Positions 60,522 to 64,000 of a stretch of 64,000 bases of DNA are shown one piece after another; positions within the stretch are counted from its first letter, which is position 1, and every line of letters begins with the position of its first letter. The stretch is from Candidatus Kapaibacterium sp. (GTDB lineage: Bacteria > Bacteroidota > Ignavibacteria > Kapaibacteriales > UBA2268), in assembly GCA_963665665.1 (NCBI GenBank), contig OY762428.1, positions 1,120,001-1,184,000 on the forward strand, in the 5' to 3' direction. Position numbers and translations under genes: made by a program. The notes beneath the pieces are model-generated. The model did not search any database. It was not told where the DNA came from and saw nothing but the letters and a program-made list of their open reading frames with translations.

Positions 60522-61304
60522 TTATCTTCTCCGGAAATATTTTATGCTTGTAATATAGTCTTCAATATCCCGATGCCATTTTCTACGGATCAGCATCAGC
60601 TCGTAACCGTCTGAGTCATATTTATAATAAGAAAGAAGCCCGTCATTATTGTATAGCCTGAGAATATTGAAAGCATAATCCCAGCTTCCGCTTACAGTAC
60701 TCCAGCTTCCCCCGTTACGCGGCCTGGTCTGATTGAAAAAATCACCTCCGGCATTAAATTCATATACCTCATCTATCTGAACGTCAAGTACAGAGTAGCT
60801 ATTTGTATCAGTCCCACGGATGCTGTCAATTCTTGTCAAATCCCATAATCCGGCTAATGCAGGGTCAACATTTATCCTGTCGTAAGTGAACAGCCAGGTG
60901 GTTGAAGTCATATTTTCTCTATTGAAATCAGAAGTTATGAATGAGAATTGCTGGTTGGACATTGAAAAGGTTCCCTCAATATCCTGACCGTTAAAATCAT
61001 AAAATTTCAACTTATTGTCCCAGGCACGCCAGTTGCCAATTCCATCAATTAATAATGCCTTATCAATAATAACGTATTTATAGGATTCGTCATCGAACAT
61101 CTGCAAAAAAACATGATAGTCAGCATCGTCAGGCGAACTCGCCCAGTAGGTATTGTCATCATAATCCTCACGGATATTTGTCATCAGCCAGTCACCATCA
61201 AAATCGGCTATCAAATCAGGATCCGTTCCATTTTCAACACAGGAAGAAAAACCCAGAATAATGATCACAATTATTGTTAAAAAAGCATATTTTTGAATAA
61301 ACAT
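60522..61304 (-). CDS. Lipoprotein with two lipocalin-like repeats
   Basis: Lipobox FSSC; DFDGDWLMT...GNW and ALAGLWDLT...GSW repeats. Confidence 0.65.
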   Translation of the reverse strand: MFIQKYAFLTIIVIIILGFSSCVENGTDPDLIADFDGDWLMTNIREDYDDNTYWASSPDDADYHVFLQMFDDESYKYVIIDKALLIDGIGNWRAWDNKLKFYDFNGQDIEGTFSMSNQQFSFITSDFNRENMTSTTWLFTYDRINVDPALAGLWDLTRIDSIRGTDTNSYSVLDVQIDEVYEFNAGGDFFNQTRPRNGGSWSTVSGSWDYAFNILRLYNNDGLLSYYKYDSDGYELMLIRRKWHRDIEDYITSIKYFRRR

Positions 61305-61412
61305 ATTTTTTCTCCTAATATTTTTTTCAAAGATAATTAACAATTGTCAAACTTCACAAACAAACATTTTTCTTATTATTACGTTAACAAGAATTTTAGG
61401 TTATAAATTATT

Positions 61413-62810
61413 TTGGCAAAAAGGATGAATAAGTCTCGGGAGCTTGGCGAGGAGAAGATCGGCAAATTGTTATGGAAATATTTCCTTCCATCATTCATAG
61501 GGATGACAGCCAATTCACTGTATAATATTGTTGACAGAATTTTTATCGGACGCGGAGTTGGGACTCTTGAGTTATCAGGAGTCAGCCTGGTTTTTCCGGT
61601 AATGATGATTGTTTTTGCAGTTGGGCTTTTGTTTGGTATCGGTACTGGTGTGCTGGTATCAATAAATATGGGTAGAAGGGACATGGGTTCGGCAGAAAAA
61701 GTTCTGGGAACCGGGACTCTCCTGATCGTTTTAGTAGCTTTGCTAACAACCGCGTTTGGATATTTAATTAAAACACCGCTACTCGAATCTTTCGGTGCCA
61801 ATTCTGAAACTATTGGTTTTGCACAGGAATACTTAGATATTATTCTTGCGGGAACAATACTCCAAATGCTGGGCATGGGCCTGAATATTGTTATCAGGTC
61901 GGAAGGCAATGCCAATATAGCCATGTACTCAATGCTTATCAGTGCCGGTTTGAATATTTTGCTCGACCCGATATTTATTTTCTGGTTTGATATGGGGATT
62001 TCCGGAGCAGCTATAGCAACCCTGATATCTCAGTCTGTCCTGCTAATATGGGTTCTGGCTCACTTCAGAAGCAAACGTTCAGTTGTTCATTTGAAGCCGG
62101 CTAATTTAAGATTTAATCCTGAATTCGCAAGAAAAATTTTAGCCATCGGAATGGCACCATTTGCCATGCATATTCTCGGCAGCCTGATAATGGCTGTACT
62201 CAACAGTCAGCTTATCAAATACGGAGGCGACATTGCAGTAGGTGCGATGGGCATAATTCAAAGTATTGCAATGATGATAATTATGTCCATAATATCCCTG
62301 AACATGGCTTCTCAGCCAATTATTGGCTTCAACCATGGTGCAGGGCTTGTTTCAAGAGTAAAAGAAACACTTGTGCTTGGTATGAAAGCAGCAACAGTAA
62401 TATCAATTGGAACTTTTCTCATTGTTCAGTTATTTCCTGAAAGTATAATATCACTGTTCAGTTCCGGCGATCAGAAATTACTTGATATTGGCTCAAGGGG
62501 AATAAGGATGTACTTACTTCTTTTGCCATTGATTGGCTTCCAGATTGTTGTTTCTAATTATTTCCAATCAATAGGAAATGCAAAAATCGCAATGATACTA
62601 ACCTTAATGAGGCAGGCAATAATACTTTTACCTGCATTATTCATACTTCCATTTTTCTATGGCCTTGACGGTATATGGCTTGCAGCTCCCATATCAGATT
62701 TTGCATCTTCAATTGTAGTTGTTTGGTTTCTGGTAAGGGAATGGAAGGTTCTTAACATTGAAGACAAGTTACCGGAAGAACTTGATCCTGTCCCTGTGAA
62801 AATAAGATAG
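61413..62810 (+). CDS. MATE-family efflux transporter (MepA-like)
   Basis: LYNIVDRIFIG, RSEGNA, NILLDPIFIF, GISGAAIATLISQ, QPIIGFNHGA. Confidence 0.93.
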   Translation: MAKRMNKSRELGEEKIGKLLWKYFLPSFIGMTANSLYNIVDRIFIGRGVGTLELSGVSLVFPVMMIVFAVGLLFGIGTGVLVSINMGRRDMGSAEKVLGTGTLLIVLVALLTTAFGYLIKTPLLESFGANSETIGFAQEYLDIILAGTILQMLGMGLNIVIRSEGNANIAMYSMLISAGLNILLDPIFIFWFDMGISGAAIATLISQSVLLIWVLAHFRSKRSVVHLKPANLRFNPEFARKILAIGMAPFAMHILGSLIMAVLNSQLIKYGGDIAVGAMGIIQSIAMMIIMSIISLNMASQPIIGFNHGAGLVSRVKETLVLGMKAATVISIGTFLIVQLFPESIISLFSSGDQKLLDIGSRGIRMYLLLLPLIGFQIVVSNYFQSIGNAKIAMILTLMRQAIILLPALFILPFFYGLDGIWLAAPISDFASSIVVVWFLVREWKVLNIEDKLPEELDPVPVKIR

Positions 62811-62812
62811 AA

Positions 62813-63439
62813 TCAGATTTTTAGAAATTCAAAGATTTCATGCATTTGGGTAAAAGTAGAATTCGGGCTTAAAATATTAAATTTTGGTTGAATTTTCGCA
62901 TTCAACTTTGCATTTTCAAGATATGGTTTTAATCTTTGATAAATATCCTTATAATTTTTCTTGTAATATCTTTCTGATTTATTATAATCAGAGATCGGGG
63001 TATTTTCTAATTCACTAATAATTTTATCGCAATTATCAATATACTTGAAGCCATGCTTGAAGTACAACAAATACCAATATTCAAGACATGGAAAATTAAT
63101 AATGACACTAACATTGTCCATTTTTTTAATTTTTTCCAAATATTCAATAAATCTATTTATAGTTGATTTATCAGTCTTGCTTCTTTTGTGTTCCATCAAA
63201 ATTGTATCGAAATCAACAATCCAAAAAACCTGATCATAATGAAGACTATTTTCAACTACAATTTTATACAAATCACTAAGACTTTTTCTTTTTGGCAATT
63301 CCGGCTTGAATGCAATATGCCGTATATTCTCATTTTTCTTCATCATTTGAAGATACCAAATTTCAGTTTTCCCATCAACAACAAAGGAATATTTTTGAGC
63401 CGCGCTTTTCTTTCTTCTATGTTTTGATCTATTCATCAT
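62813..63439 (-). CDS. RloB-family protein (second copy; start ATG 63439 or 63436)
   Basis: VVDGKTEIWY, VFWIVDFD, PCLEYWYLLYF; overlaps the ATPase stop. Confidence 0.8.
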   Translation of the reverse strand: MMNRSKHRRKKSAAQKYSFVVDGKTEIWYLQMMKKNENIRHIAFKPELPKRKSLSDLYKIVVENSLHYDQVFWIVDFDTILMEHKRSKTDKSTINRFIEYLEKIKKMDNVSVIINFPCLEYWYLLYFKHGFKYIDNCDKIISELENTPISDYNKSERYYKKNYKDIYQRLKPYLENAKLNAKIQPKFNILSPNSTFTQMHEIFEFLKI

Positions 63440-64000
63440 CCATATCAATATAGTAATCACCAATATTCGGAACAGCTCCGAGTTTCCCGATTTTATATGC
63501 ATTATAAACAGAACTCGTGTTCCTGATTGTTGAAGAATCAAAATCAGCAAGCGAATATAATTCCGTACTGCTGCCTTCGTTTTTCTCTGCAAACCAAATA
63601 GAATCATTTCTGAATATATCCTTTTCCGTTAGCAACTCCCTGTAGTGGGTTGTGGCAATCAACTGTGATTTATTACTATTGACAAGAAAAGAAAGCAGAA
63701 AATGCCTAAGTAATTCAGGATGTAATGAAGATTCAATCTCGTCAATCACTATAATTGAACTCTTCTTTATCATTATATTCAATAATCCGGCAAGTTCGTA
63801 ATATTTTATAGTTCCTGCTGATTCGTCTTCCAATTTTAAATTATACTTTGAATTGTCAATATTATGGGCAAATAGAATTTCACCCACTTCCATTTTGCCT
63901 GTTTTTTCGTACTCTTGTATAATATTTTTCGGGAAAGGAGTAATAAATTGTAAAAAATCAATTTGAGATTTTTCAATATGCCTTTCGGATTTCTTTAAAA
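63429..64000 (-). CDS. RloA-like AAA ATPase, C-terminal part (continues beyond the right edge)
   Basis: ESAGTIKY, IDEIESSLHP, QLIATTH, FRNDSIWFAEK, YKIGKLGAVP. Confidence 0.85.
   Translation of the reverse strand, partial: LKKSERHIEKSQIDFLQFITPFPKNIIQEYEKTGKMEVGEILFAHNIDNSKYNLKLEDESAGTIKYYELAGLLNIMIKKSSIIVIDEIESSLHPELLRHFLLSFLVNSNKSQLIATTHYRELLTEKDIFRNDSIWFAEKNEGSSTELYSLADFDSSTIRNTSSVYNAYKIGKLGAVPNIGDYYIDMDDE

Overview
This is an AT-rich chromosomal window from an FCB-group bacterium. T9SS cargo, gldA/F/G-like genes, an lpxC-fabZ fusion and DUF2795 point to an Ignavibacteria/Kapabacteria-like lineage (inference). The housekeeping backbone is rluD, lspA, a dksA-like gene, ileS, lptF, mraZ-rsmH, tsaC/sua5, glgP, lpxC-fabZ, lpxA, wbaP, ssb, queC, rpsD, a BamA/TamA-family gene and a MATE pump. 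Small accessory islets are scattered through it: three toxin-antitoxin loci (one with a decayed toxin), a GmrSD-type gene cleanly split by an IS3 element, a NotI-family restriction-modification pair, two RloAB-like systems, a truncated RhuM gene and a TonB receptor. Four observations stand out. (1) An overlapping three-gene operon (PLP enzyme, CDP-alcohol phosphotransferase, LicC-like cytidylyltransferase) looks like a self-contained Kennedy-type amino-alcohol lipid head-group pathway. (2) An intact LexA homolog has lost its cleavage site and both catalytic residues and sits 4 bp behind an RloAB module. (3) Two integrase-free islets are each bracketed by a duplicated 3' end of the neighbouring gene. 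(4) An attC-like cassette architecture surrounds the GmrSD gene. No tRNA, rRNA or CRISPR array was seen. All family assignments come from motif recognition, not database searches.
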